Shown piece after piece: positions 7,619 through 17,694 of a DNA stretch of 64,000 bases (the first letter of the stretch is position 1; each line of letters opens with the position of its first letter). Under the pieces are notes generated by a model. That model saw nothing but the letters and a program-made list of their open reading frames with translations. It was not told the DNA's origin and ran no database searches. A program made the position numbers and the translations under genes. The stretch covers positions 5,328 to 69,327 of the IMG/VR virus record IMGVR_UViG_3300030333_007852; one strand, 5' to 3'. The DNA comes from a virus.

Positions 7619-10138
7619 TTAAGACCAGGTTATTACTTTGTCAGCATACCCTCTCACGTTGTTAGGGTGTTTTGCTAGTTTATCTAAAAATGTTTCGTAG
7701 TCTTCCATTGGCTGTATTTCTACTTGAGTAGTTGGTTTGAAAGTATCTGTAGGTAGTAATGGTTGATTTTGTATAGCAAATTCTTGATAATCCTCACCAC
7801 CTGATTCTAAACCATTTATATAATCTGTTGCTTCTTTGCGTCTTTGACAAGGTGACCCACCTTTACTCCAAGTTTGATACCAATCATAATCATTACCATT
7901 TGTCCAATATTCTATCTTGTAAACAATAAAAGTCGACTGTCTAATTTGAGTATTTCCAGTATAAGAAATTTCGACACTTGGATAAGGGGTAAGTATAGTC
8001 TGCCCTATTACGGCCTGGGTATTGGCTTTAGTAGCTTCAGCATTAAACACACCGGAGTGTTGACTAACAGCTACCCCACCGTCAGGAATCATATATTGAT
8101 TTTGACCGTCTTCAGGACTAACTATGCTTTCTCTTAATTCATCTAAACCTTTTGATGAAAGAAATACTTGCCAGCTAATTTTCATACCTAGAACCATCTG
8201 CGGTCCTGTCTCGTTATAATCACTTCTAGCATCAAATCCTCCTCCAGCAGGCGCACCAGGTACGTCACACACTATCGGAGACGGTACAGTATCAGCATAA
8301 GCAAATGTAAATGCAGTATTGGGGTTCATATTAGGAGGTGAATCACATTCACAATTAAATATGTTCCAAGTACCCCCGTTTTCACAAATAGGTACACATT
8401 CATAGTTATAGAGATAATATCCTAAATAACCAACAGTGGTAATTAATCTATAACCTGCAGGGCATTGTTCATTTCTACATGTCCTTGATATCGGATCAAA
8501 TTCAGTGCCATCAGGACAACAAGGTTTTCTACAACTATTAGTTGCTTCATCGTATATTTCTCCTTCTTCGCATTCTTGATCTAATACACATTCTCCGTTA
8601 TCGTTTCTAATATACCCTTCAGGGCATTCTTCAACAATAGGGTCACAAAGCCCGGTGACTGGGTTATATACAAAACCTTCTTCACAAATAGGAGGGTCTG
8701 GTATTATTTGTATAGTAACACACTTTTTAAGATCTTCATCCCACACCATACCTTCTGAACAAGTTTTATTATTACATTCACCGGTTACAATATCAAATTT
8801 ATCCGGTGGGCAACATTTTCCGGATTTTTTATCCTGATGGTAACCTTCAGGACAACCCGTTTTAGTTACACACTCACCAGTTATAGGGTCTCTTTCTTGA
8901 CCTTCAAGACAATCTGCTATATTAGGTGTAGGTGTAAAATTATTAATTTCATCTTGAGAACACCCAATAACTACATTCCAGTTGGTAACACTAATCAAAG
9001 GATCTTCACCTGTAAATTCAATATATGGTTGAAGTTTTCTAACCGTTTCACCTACAGGAACATTAATATCAATATAATTATCACCATTTACCTTCTTCAA
9101 AGTCTTACCAAAATAGTAAAAAACGAGCCCGTTACTACCTCTAAGAGCAGTTGTAACCGAAGAAGGATCAACAGTTTCATTTAAACCAGTATAATGAACT
9201 CTAACAACTTTACTTTTACAATCAGGAGACAAAGAAGGTGTTGGTGTAGGTATAATAACCTCTCTTATTACTCTAGAACCTTGCTGGGTTGGTGTTTTAG
9301 TTTTGGTAGGTGTTTGAGTAGGTGTACCAGATCTAGTTACAGTATTGGTAGGGGTAGCAGTGTAAGTAGGTGTTGGTGTTTGTGTGGGTGTCTTCTCTCT
9401 AGTTGAGGTTCGGGTGTGAGTAGGGGTAGGGGTTGGTTTAATATTTTGTTTAATTACAAAATGATTTACATAATCGGGGTTCTCTAATTCTATTTTAACT
9501 AAGGGGTCTTTTGATGATAGAGGCATAACTTGCATATCAAGCAAGTTAATTTGATCAGCTATATTATAAATGCTATCTTTAGATACATTTAACTCTATTA
9601 TAAATTCATCTACAAAACCATCTTGTCTATAACATGAAAGTCTAGGTATAAAGACATGATTAATATCTTCTGAACCTGCTAAATTATATTTGTAATTGTA
9701 TAATATATTTTTAGGATTATTTTCACTAGCTGAGCCAATAAATTGTTTATAAGCTGTAGATTTATCATAGACAGCAGTATTGTTTTCTAAATAGCCTTTA
9801 TGTAATACGCCTTCTTCAGGTTGAAATAATACTTTGGTAATTGTGTTTTGTGTATCTTGAACAGCAGATAGACTAAAAACAAAATTAACATACTCACTAT
9901 AAGTCTGACTATAGTTTAAAAAGTTTGTTCTTTTCTTAACGTAAAGGTCGCTATCAAAAGTATAACCACCAATAGTGTTAGTATATTTTTTATCACCGAG
10001 TAAAAATGGACCTCCATCTGTTAACGCTGTATAATAATCAGTGCTGTTATCAAAAGGATTAACATAATAAAATCCAGTTGATACTTGAGAGGTTTGAATG
10101 TTAATATCGGTTGCTGATATGTAAATAAACTTGTTCAT
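7619..10138 (-). CDS. virion/fibre protein with Thr-Pro tract and Cys-rich (CPEGY-type) repeats
   Basis: PTPTPT tract; repeated C-x-[E/D]-G...C units; in the baseplate operon. Confidence 0.65.
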   Translation of the reverse strand: MNKFIYISATDINIQTSQVSTGFYYVNPFDNSTDYYTALTDGGPFLLGDKKYTNTIGGYTFDSDLYVKKRTNFLNYSQTYSEYVNFVFSLSAVQDTQNTITKVLFQPEEGVLHKGYLENNTAVYDKSTAYKQFIGSASENNPKNILYNYKYNLAGSEDINHVFIPRLSCYRQDGFVDEFIIELNVSKDSIYNIADQINLLDMQVMPLSSKDPLVKIELENPDYVNHFVIKQNIKPTPTPTHTRTSTREKTPTQTPTPTYTATPTNTVTRSGTPTQTPTKTKTPTQQGSRVIREVIIPTPTPSLSPDCKSKVVRVHYTGLNETVDPSSVTTALRGSNGLVFYYFGKTLKKVNGDNYIDINVPVGETVRKLQPYIEFTGEDPLISVTNWNVVIGCSQDEINNFTPTPNIADCLEGQERDPITGECVTKTGCPEGYHQDKKSGKCCPPDKFDIVTGECNNKTCSEGMVWDEDLKKCVTIQIIPDPPICEEGFVYNPVTGLCDPIVEECPEGYIRNDNGECVLDQECEEGEIYDEATNSCRKPCCPDGTEFDPISRTCRNEQCPAGYRLITTVGYLGYYLYNYECVPICENGGTWNIFNCECDSPPNMNPNTAFTFAYADTVPSPIVCDVPGAPAGGGFDARSDYNETGPQMVLGMKISWQVFLSSKGLDELRESIVSPEDGQNQYMIPDGGVAVSQHSGVFNAEATKANTQAVIGQTILTPYPSVEISYTGNTQIRQSTFIVYKIEYWTNGNDYDWYQTWSKGGSPCQRRKEATDYINGLESGGEDYQEFAIQNQPLLPTDTFKPTTQVEIQPMEDYETFLDKLAKHPNNVRGYADKVITWS

Positions 10139-12264
10139 TGAATTGCATTAGTAAATAGTGTGAGTCTTGCTCCCCAATATCCATTTTGGTTATTGCCTCT
10201 ATAATAAATTAACTCTGAACCGTAACTAAACTTAATATAGATATCAGAATCGTTAATTGTAATGTATCTTGTGTCTGGTATTATTCTATAACTGTCTGGT
10301 GTAGATGCAAAGTTATCTCTTGTTGTATCCCCTTCTATGTAATCAGTGTTATATAAAATGTTACCTGTATTATTAAAGTTAGGAAAGTATCTATCATTTA
10401 AATCTTTGTCAAAAATAGATGCAACATAATTAGAATCTAAACCATCTATACCCCAAATATTATAATCATCGTCATCTTTCTTATCTATGTTTACTAACGT
10501 ATCACTTAAAGTATCGCCTGTTGTTAATAATAAATTAAGAGCTTGAAAAACATTTGAAGATATTCCTGTTCTTGGATCGTAATTAGTGTTACCTGTATTA
10601 GCGTTATTATCTTTCATAGGTATAACCATCCAAGATGATTGACCATCAGCTGTTATGTAATTAAAATTTTGACCAGCTATGGGGGTGTCATTAAAAAAGA
10701 ATGATTGTGCATATGAGCTTTTAAAGTCATTAGGTACCTGCTTAGATGTATCTTCATTTGTGATATTAATAAGACTGTTAGTGTCATTATTCAATCCTTC
10801 TCTAGCATTATTAATCATCACATTAACTGCTAACCCAGCATTAAAAGAACCACCCCATTTACTCTCAAAAACAAACTTGTAAGACGACTCGCAAGATGCA
10901 CAAAATTGTTTTGCTCTACTACCTGTTTGGGTAGGTGTACGAGTTTGTGTATTTGTAATTGTACAAGTACGGGTTTGTGTAGGTGTATTTGATCTCGTTT
11001 GTGTAGGCGTTTTTGTTTTAGTAGGAGTTTGTGTTCTAGTAGCAAAAGGAGTATCGCTCTGAGTATTGGTAATAGTTTGAGTTGTGGTAGCAGAGCATGT
11101 TTGTGTTCTTGTATAAGTAGGCTGATTGGTAAATGAGACTGTATTGGTTACAGTTTGTGTTCTTGTTTGTGTAGGTGTAGGAGTAGCTGATGCGTTATTA
11201 GTAGGCGTTTGAGTTGATGTAGATGTACGTGTTTGTGTAGGCGATACTGTGTGTGTAATATTTCTAGTAGCTGTAGGTGTTGGTGTATTTAAATCAGAGT
11301 AACCTAAACCATTAATACTAAAATTGTAGAGATAAAAAGCAGACTCATTAACGCCTGTCGAATATGATAAGCCAACCTTAACCTTACCATCATAAGGTAA
11401 GTCTAAATTTAAATCATTATTATCATATACTTTAACAAATTCATCACTAATTTTATTCTTTAAAGAAACTACTACCCTTCTTCCATATTCAGTAACTCTT
11501 ACTTTAAAATATTTCTTAGGGGGATTTAATCCTGTTTTGGTAGGGGTAGATGTAATAGTAAGTGTTTTAGATGTTGTTACATTAGGTGTGCTGGTTCTAG
11601 ATAAAGTAGGGGTAGGTGACGCTCCATTTGTTATTGTTTGTGTTGGTGATACTTTATTGGTAGGTGTATGTGTACTTGTACGAGTAGGTGTAGCTGCTTC
11701 AGTAGAAGTACGAGTAAAAGTTGCAGTAGCAGTAGATGTTATACCTACCGAGGCTGTTTTAGTTAATGCTGGTGTACCTGTTACTGTTTTAGAAGGAGTA
11801 GGTGTAGCAATTGGGTACTTATCACCATAAACATCATACAAAGTACCATAAGCTGATAAACTCTCACTTCCAATAAGCTGAAAGTTTTTAGTAGAGCCGT
11901 GACGAAGTGTAATAGAATTGGGTTTAGGTAAACCTCCGGTAATGTCAGGCGTTAGATTAGATGCAAAATCACCTACTGTATCAAAACCTACACCTAAAAT
12001 AGAATCATCAGTACCTGCAAATATATCATTACCTAAATATTCTACTTTACCAATTGTGGGTGCAAATCCTAATCCAGGACCAGGACTACCTACATTGACT
12101 GACGAACCAGCATTAGTAAAAAATATACAAAACCCTTCGCCTCCATCTACTTCACTGCCAAAAAATGAATACTCACCAGAAATAACAATATCGTTCTTGA
12201 TATTCAAGATATCTGTTAACAATACATTGTTTGTTTTTACATATGTTAATACTGATGCCGGCAT
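10135..12264 (-). CDS. L-type (legume) lectin-like virion protein with mucin-like Thr tracts
   Basis: GGEGFCIFF, GPGLGF, GVGFDT and KVGLSYSTG lectin motifs; two Thr-rich tracts. Confidence 0.7.
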   Translation of the reverse strand: MPASVLTYVKTNNVLLTDILNIKNDIVISGEYSFFGSEVDGGEGFCIFFTNAGSSVNVGSPGPGLGFAPTIGKVEYLGNDIFAGTDDSILGVGFDTVGDFASNLTPDITGGLPKPNSITLRHGSTKNFQLIGSESLSAYGTLYDVYGDKYPIATPTPSKTVTGTPALTKTASVGITSTATATFTRTSTEAATPTRTSTHTPTNKVSPTQTITNGASPTPTLSRTSTPNVTTSKTLTITSTPTKTGLNPPKKYFKVRVTEYGRRVVVSLKNKISDEFVKVYDNNDLNLDLPYDGKVKVGLSYSTGVNESAFYLYNFSINGLGYSDLNTPTPTATRNITHTVSPTQTRTSTSTQTPTNNASATPTPTQTRTQTVTNTVSFTNQPTYTRTQTCSATTTQTITNTQSDTPFATRTQTPTKTKTPTQTRSNTPTQTRTCTITNTQTRTPTQTGSRAKQFCASCESSYKFVFESKWGGSFNAGLAVNVMINNAREGLNNDTNSLINITNEDTSKQVPNDFKSSYAQSFFFNDTPIAGQNFNYITADGQSSWMVIPMKDNNANTGNTNYDPRTGISSNVFQALNLLLTTGDTLSDTLVNIDKKDDDDYNIWGIDGLDSNYVASIFDKDLNDRYFPNFNNTGNILYNTDYIEGDTTRDNFASTPDSYRIIPDTRYITINDSDIYIKFSYGSELIYYRGNNQNGYWGARLTLFTNAIQ

Positions 12265-12273
12265 TATATATAT

Positions 12274-15200
12274 TTACTGTTGTTCACCTAATTTCAAAAC
12301 ACCTTCGTTCTTTATCCACAATGAATTTTTAGTACCATCTAGTTTGTTGTATTCTAAGTACGAACCTCTTACAGGGTTACTGTAATTTTCATCTCTTATC
12401 TTAGCGTTTTGAAAATATAAATCATTCTTTATATTTGTAAATATGCCGTCTTCGAACTTGAAATTTTGATAATAGAACGACATGCAATCTGATAAATCTT
12501 TTGCTTTGTACATGTATCCATATACATTAGATTCTACATCGTATGATATTACTGGTCTATCTATTTCTACTATGTTATAACAACTAACATCTGAAGCAGG
12601 GTTAGATTTAAGAGGATTTTGAATAGTTTTAAGACTATATTTTCCTACTTCACCTAGAATGTTATTAGTCTTTTTAGGGTAAATTTGTTTTAGTAATAAA
12701 TTATCTAACTCTAACTTATAAATCGTGGGGTGTAACATTTTATAATTTGTAGACGAAAGAGCAGAGTTAAGAGTTGTTTTATGGAATAAAAGTGTGTTAG
12801 ATGGTTCGTGGTAAAAGAAGTTACCAAACTTTTCTAAATTATTATCACCTTGTGTTGTTCTTGATATAAATCTTAAATTACTGTCATAAACAGAAATAGT
12901 ATTATCTGCGTAATCGTAGTTAATCTTTTCAATAACCAAATAGTTAGGTGTTTCAATTACAGCTACATCATAAACAGTATCTAATTTAATAACATCATTG
13001 TTAAGCTCATTATAAACTTCCGGGTAACCAGAATACTTTAAATAGATTGAACTTAAAGCAGCTGAAAGAGCAGTTACAACATTAGAACTATTTCTAAAAA
13101 ATGAATCAGAATTTGCTACATACTTTTTATTATAAATCGATTTGTTGACTGAATCAGGTACCGTAACATAAGAGGTAGATAATCTAGGTATTGTAGAATC
13201 ATAATAGGGTACTTTGTACTTTTTGACCTTTTTGCTAGAATTATAATAATTAGCATCATATACAAATTTACCCCCATCGATAGAAGTGCTTAACTCTTTA
13301 GTAAAGACAGCTGATCTATTAAAGTTAGGTCTAACTCCATTAATGTCCGAACCACCGTCTAATAGTAAGTTGTAATATAGATTGTCGTCATTAACACTCC
13401 ATGCTGGGCTATCTGAACCTGGTGTATCGGGTAGTAAAGTACCTTTGTTAGTAGTATAAAATACACCATCATAAGTATTACCTTTTACATATGTATAACC
13501 AGTTACAAAACACCACGGCATAGTAAATACTCCAAAGTTTAATGATGATAAAATAATCGCATCAAACGTAGCAACACCAATAGTCGATAAACTAAATGTG
13601 AATACTCGCTCAGGTATAATGTTTTTAAATTCATTTCCATATCCACCTTCAGCTGCTACTGCATAATCAAAAGCGCTAATATCGTTATAGAAAAATGTAC
13701 CATTGCTTATAAAAAGACATTTTGTTGTTACTCCTTTATATGACTCTCTTTCAGTTGTGAAAGGCAATGTAGAAGTTCTTTTTAATAAACCATAACTATT
13801 ACCATAAACATCAGAAGTACTAAAAGTTAAGTTTTTATCTGAAACTAAAAGTTTTGACTGTCTTAAATCAATAGGATATAATGCTCTGTTAACTGTATCA
13901 TATACATCGTTATTACTAAAGATATCAGACTTTTTACCTTTAAAGAAATCTACACTATCATAGCTTCTAGAAACACCAGCATCATCTATATTATTTTTCT
14001 CTTCGGTGTTTTCATACCCATGAAAGTTTAGGTAATATGAATCGTCATTTATATAACCAAATGCTGCTGAATTACTAATGTCATAAGTTACTACATATGT
14101 ATTCTCATATATGTTAAATAAGTCAGCTGACCTTTTGTATATTGAGTTACCATATGAATGTATGTACTTGTTAGGATCAGGATAATAATAGATATTATTA
14201 TCAGAAAGTTTATCGTAGTTAACACTATAACTGTAATCAAAAGAGTTATAGATTAAAGTACCAAGATATTGAGGAGTGTAATAACCTCCTATTTCAGCTT
14301 CTCTTACAAGTGTTGCTGAATTTGCTACAGAGCCGGTACTAACATTATTACGATTAAAAAAGTTAGATGATTCATTTTCAGACTTAACAAGCATTCCTGA
14401 AAATGTATCTGTATTGGTTGAACCAGTTGAAAGATAATACCAATCAGTGCCAATAAACTTACTAAACAATTTAACTTTGTTGGTAAGATTTAAATCATTA
14501 ATGTCACCGGTATTATATTGATTAATAAAATCTTTATTTTTATAAAACGAAACGTCATTGGCATTTAAAGCTACAGGTAATGAAAGATTACTAACAAAAT
14601 TTTCTATAACGTATTCATATGATGATAATATTTTTGTAGCTGATCGATCATAATCTATAAACACATCAGGGTCAAAATCATTAGTGTTACTCGTCCATTG
14701 ATCCTTTCTTACTTCACCACCATACTCGTATGACGATAATGGTACAGTATTATCTAAATCAAAATAGTTTTGATAGTCGTCATATAATTCATCTAATACG
14801 AAATTAGTATTAGATAATACGAAATTTTTATCTACTAAATTTTTGTTAACTAATGAAATAGTATTAGAGTTATAAATTAATAAATCCCTAAACAAATTAA
14901 TTAAGAATAATTTTACACCAGACGAAGAAGAATATATGTTATTACGTCTAGGTTGTGTCTTGATCTTCTCTCTAAATGAAGAATAATATGATGTTAAATT
15001 TCTAAGCTTATTTGAAACAAGAGGTATAATTGCATCTACTTGATCAGGGTCATCATAATTAACTGCTTGTATAAATCTTCTTTCATGTTCTGTAAAAACA
15101 TCTAATGAAAGTTCTTTTAAAATGTTAATGTAGTTTTCTTTTACTAGATTATTTTGAGCTTGTAAAAAAGTATTCTTAACATTGTTCCAGCTATTGATAT

Positions 15201-15378
15201 ATCTTTTATAAGATTCATTATAAGTTTCAGACGATACCGATGTATCGGAAAAGTAAGAAAGCCAAGTCTTATAATCTAGTGGAAAATTATAATCTATAGC
15301 ATTAGAAACGTTACCGATGACAGTAATCGATTCATCGATATCATACTTAGCAAATCTATCTATAGAGTTATTTGACAT
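12274..15378 (-). CDS. large virion (baseplate-associated) structural protein
   Basis: 1034 aa in the baseplate operon, TAAATA upstream. Confidence 0.6.
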   Translation of the reverse strand: MSNNSIDRFAKYDIDESITVIGNVSNAIDYNFPLDYKTWLSYFSDTSVSSETYNESYKRYINSWNNVKNTFLQAQNNLVKENYINILKELSLDVFTEHERRFIQAVNYDDPDQVDAIIPLVSNKLRNLTSYYSSFREKIKTQPRRNNIYSSSSGVKLFLINLFRDLLIYNSNTISLVNKNLVDKNFVLSNTNFVLDELYDDYQNYFDLDNTVPLSSYEYGGEVRKDQWTSNTNDFDPDVFIDYDRSATKILSSYEYVIENFVSNLSLPVALNANDVSFYKNKDFINQYNTGDINDLNLTNKVKLFSKFIGTDWYYLSTGSTNTDTFSGMLVKSENESSNFFNRNNVSTGSVANSATLVREAEIGGYYTPQYLGTLIYNSFDYSYSVNYDKLSDNNIYYYPDPNKYIHSYGNSIYKRSADLFNIYENTYVVTYDISNSAAFGYINDDSYYLNFHGYENTEEKNNIDDAGVSRSYDSVDFFKGKKSDIFSNNDVYDTVNRALYPIDLRQSKLLVSDKNLTFSTSDVYGNSYGLLKRTSTLPFTTERESYKGVTTKCLFISNGTFFYNDISAFDYAVAAEGGYGNEFKNIIPERVFTFSLSTIGVATFDAIILSSLNFGVFTMPWCFVTGYTYVKGNTYDGVFYTTNKGTLLPDTPGSDSPAWSVNDDNLYYNLLLDGGSDINGVRPNFNRSAVFTKELSTSIDGGKFVYDANYYNSSKKVKKYKVPYYDSTIPRLSTSYVTVPDSVNKSIYNKKYVANSDSFFRNSSNVVTALSAALSSIYLKYSGYPEVYNELNNDVIKLDTVYDVAVIETPNYLVIEKINYDYADNTISVYDSNLRFISRTTQGDNNLEKFGNFFYHEPSNTLLFHKTTLNSALSSTNYKMLHPTIYKLELDNLLLKQIYPKKTNNILGEVGKYSLKTIQNPLKSNPASDVSCYNIVEIDRPVISYDVESNVYGYMYKAKDLSDCMSFYYQNFKFEDGIFTNIKNDLYFQNAKIRDENYSNPVRGSYLEYNKLDGTKNSLWIKNEGVLKLGEQQ

Positions 15379-15394
15379 TAATATTATTTAATTT

Positions 15395-17692
15395 CTAATA
15401 TGATGACAACAATTCAAGTCCCAAACTTAATTGATAGGAAAGATTTTGATTTATTATTCCATCTTGTGTATCCCATTTGTTTAGAGAAGTTCTATAATAA
15501 TTTTTAAAGTAATTAACAGAGTAAGGAGACTTTGTATCTTTATCAATTAAAGGTAACGTAGTTTGATATGTATCGTCCCAATTGATTATATTGTTTGTCC
15601 ACTTACCTGGTACAACTGGAACGAACTTGTAAAAGGTATAAAAGCTAGATAATTTTTGAGCAGATAATGGGTCACTCCAGAAGCTTCCTGGTACTACTAA
15701 ATTCCAACCCCATGATGAATCTAAAGTACTAAGCGGGTAAGTGTCTGATTTAAAAGGTAAATCTGTTCTTTGTATTTTATATTGTTCTGAAAATATCTCA
15801 TAAGAAACTACATATTCATCTTCTTTATTAATAACACCATCATATATATCAATCCTATTACCAAGATTGTTACCCCTATCTTTACCTATACTATAATTGT
15901 AAGCAGCAGTTTCAAAATCATTTTTAACATCGCTTTGAACATATTTGTCCGTAAAGTTAAATTGATATTGACTTCTTTTACCAAATAATAATGAACGTTT
16001 TATGGTAAATATATTCATCAAACGAGCTAAGTCAGCTGGATAATTTATAAGAAGATTAGCTGATACAAACTCATCCATATCAACATTATACTCTAACCCA
16101 TAACTATATAAACTTTGTATATTGCAAGTATCTACATTTATTACATTAGGTACATAATTAGAAGTCTTTTCGTATATTCTTTTACCAATTGAATTTGTTG
16201 TAGAACTTAACGTACCTAATGAAGTAGAAAAGAATACATCAAATAACATTGGCTTTTTATATACAGAAGGCTGAAAAGCATGATCTTTCAAATAGTTTGA
16301 TGTATCAAAATTTTCATTTAGTTTTGCTATTTTATTAACACCTTCATTAGGATAAAGAAAGAAAGCATCTGAAGTACCACCTACAAAATATTCACTTCCA
16401 CTTACATCTTGCACCATACTACTAGCGCTAAGAAAAACTGGTAAGTAAGTTTGTTTATTACCAAGAGTTAAATTATTATCCTCTGGTACAACTATCGAAC
16501 CCTTTACCCAACCATATCTATAATCTTTAAATAGTTCTGTATCAAAAGTAGTATAGTCTGATAAACTACCATAACTGTTACCTAATGTATCTACTAAACT
16601 AATACGTACGCTGTTTGTAGCAAAATCTAAAAAGCCAGGATTTAAATAATTGTTGTAATTTTTACAATCATAATAGTCACTTGATTTTAACTTGGCAACA
16701 AAAGATATTCTTTTATTAATAAATTGAGATGCAGAAATATCAAATGTATTATCAGGTAAACCTTCACCATCTAAACCATTACTAGATATATGAAACATAA
16801 CTGGTTTAGAATATAAATTTTTATCTATCGTAATATAATCAGAATATGTGTTCTTTAGAGGTAAGTTAGTTTTAAAATCTAAATTATAATACTTCGTGTA
16901 ATTATCTTCGAAATCGGAAGTGTCTAATGTAGCAAATATATAGTAATTTTCATCTTTAACTGAATCGTCGATAAAGTTAAATGCTGCATAACCGCTAGTA
17001 CCTACAAAAAATGAACCGACGTCTTCACCAGACGTTGAAACAACTAACGAATCCCTATCGAGCTTACCGTATAACAACGTATTATCTAATTTTAACTTAT
17101 CGATATATTTGTCGGAATATACCGGCAGATTTCTAAAATTCTTTACCTTTTCTCTTTTTGCAAATCTATGTGTAGGTAATAGGTGAGCATAAGGTTCGTC
17201 ACTCAATTTAGTAAGATCATAATAGAGTGAATTGCTTCCACTGCAATTTAAGAAGAATGAATAACCTTTATTAGAATATGATTGTAAACTATTAAAACTC
17301 TCTAAAGTAAAGGTGGGTGAAATTTTACCAGCTGTAAGTTGTAACGTGTCAGCATATATACCAGACAATGGTTTAAATCCAAAATTGTTATTAACAAAAT
17401 CAAATATAGTAACTTGTTTGTTATATGAATCTAATACAGAATTACTAGAGCATAACATTAACGTCATTGTAACGTCATACTGACCGGGGTAAAAATAATA
17501 ATGTGAAGATGATAAGCCTTTTACGGGAGTGGACCCATCACCAAAGTCCCATATAACATACACATTACTATAATCTTCAGAATAGTACTCTGTTGGCTTA
17601 AACAACAGAGGTGTTTGTTCTAAAGCATAAGATGATAATGATTCAATTTCGAATACATTATAACTTTTAAATTTCCAATATCCTGTCGGCAT
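15395..17692 (-). CDS. PKD-domain baseplate-associated protein
   Basis: WDFGDGS...HYYFYPGQYDVTMTL PKD signature; follows gp6. Confidence 0.7.
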   Translation of the reverse strand: MPTGYWKFKSYNVFEIESLSSYALEQTPLLFKPTEYYSEDYSNVYVIWDFGDGSTPVKGLSSSHYYFYPGQYDVTMTLMLCSSNSVLDSYNKQVTIFDFVNNNFGFKPLSGIYADTLQLTAGKISPTFTLESFNSLQSYSNKGYSFFLNCSGSNSLYYDLTKLSDEPYAHLLPTHRFAKREKVKNFRNLPVYSDKYIDKLKLDNTLLYGKLDRDSLVVSTSGEDVGSFFVGTSGYAAFNFIDDSVKDENYYIFATLDTSDFEDNYTKYYNLDFKTNLPLKNTYSDYITIDKNLYSKPVMFHISSNGLDGEGLPDNTFDISASQFINKRISFVAKLKSSDYYDCKNYNNYLNPGFLDFATNSVRISLVDTLGNSYGSLSDYTTFDTELFKDYRYGWVKGSIVVPEDNNLTLGNKQTYLPVFLSASSMVQDVSGSEYFVGGTSDAFFLYPNEGVNKIAKLNENFDTSNYLKDHAFQPSVYKKPMLFDVFFSTSLGTLSSTTNSIGKRIYEKTSNYVPNVINVDTCNIQSLYSYGLEYNVDMDEFVSANLLINYPADLARLMNIFTIKRSLLFGKRSQYQFNFTDKYVQSDVKNDFETAAYNYSIGKDRGNNLGNRIDIYDGVINKEDEYVVSYEIFSEQYKIQRTDLPFKSDTYPLSTLDSSWGWNLVVPGSFWSDPLSAQKLSSFYTFYKFVPVVPGKWTNNIINWDDTYQTTLPLIDKDTKSPYSVNYFKNYYRTSLNKWDTQDGIINQNLSYQLSLGLELLSSY

Positions 17693-17694
17693 TT

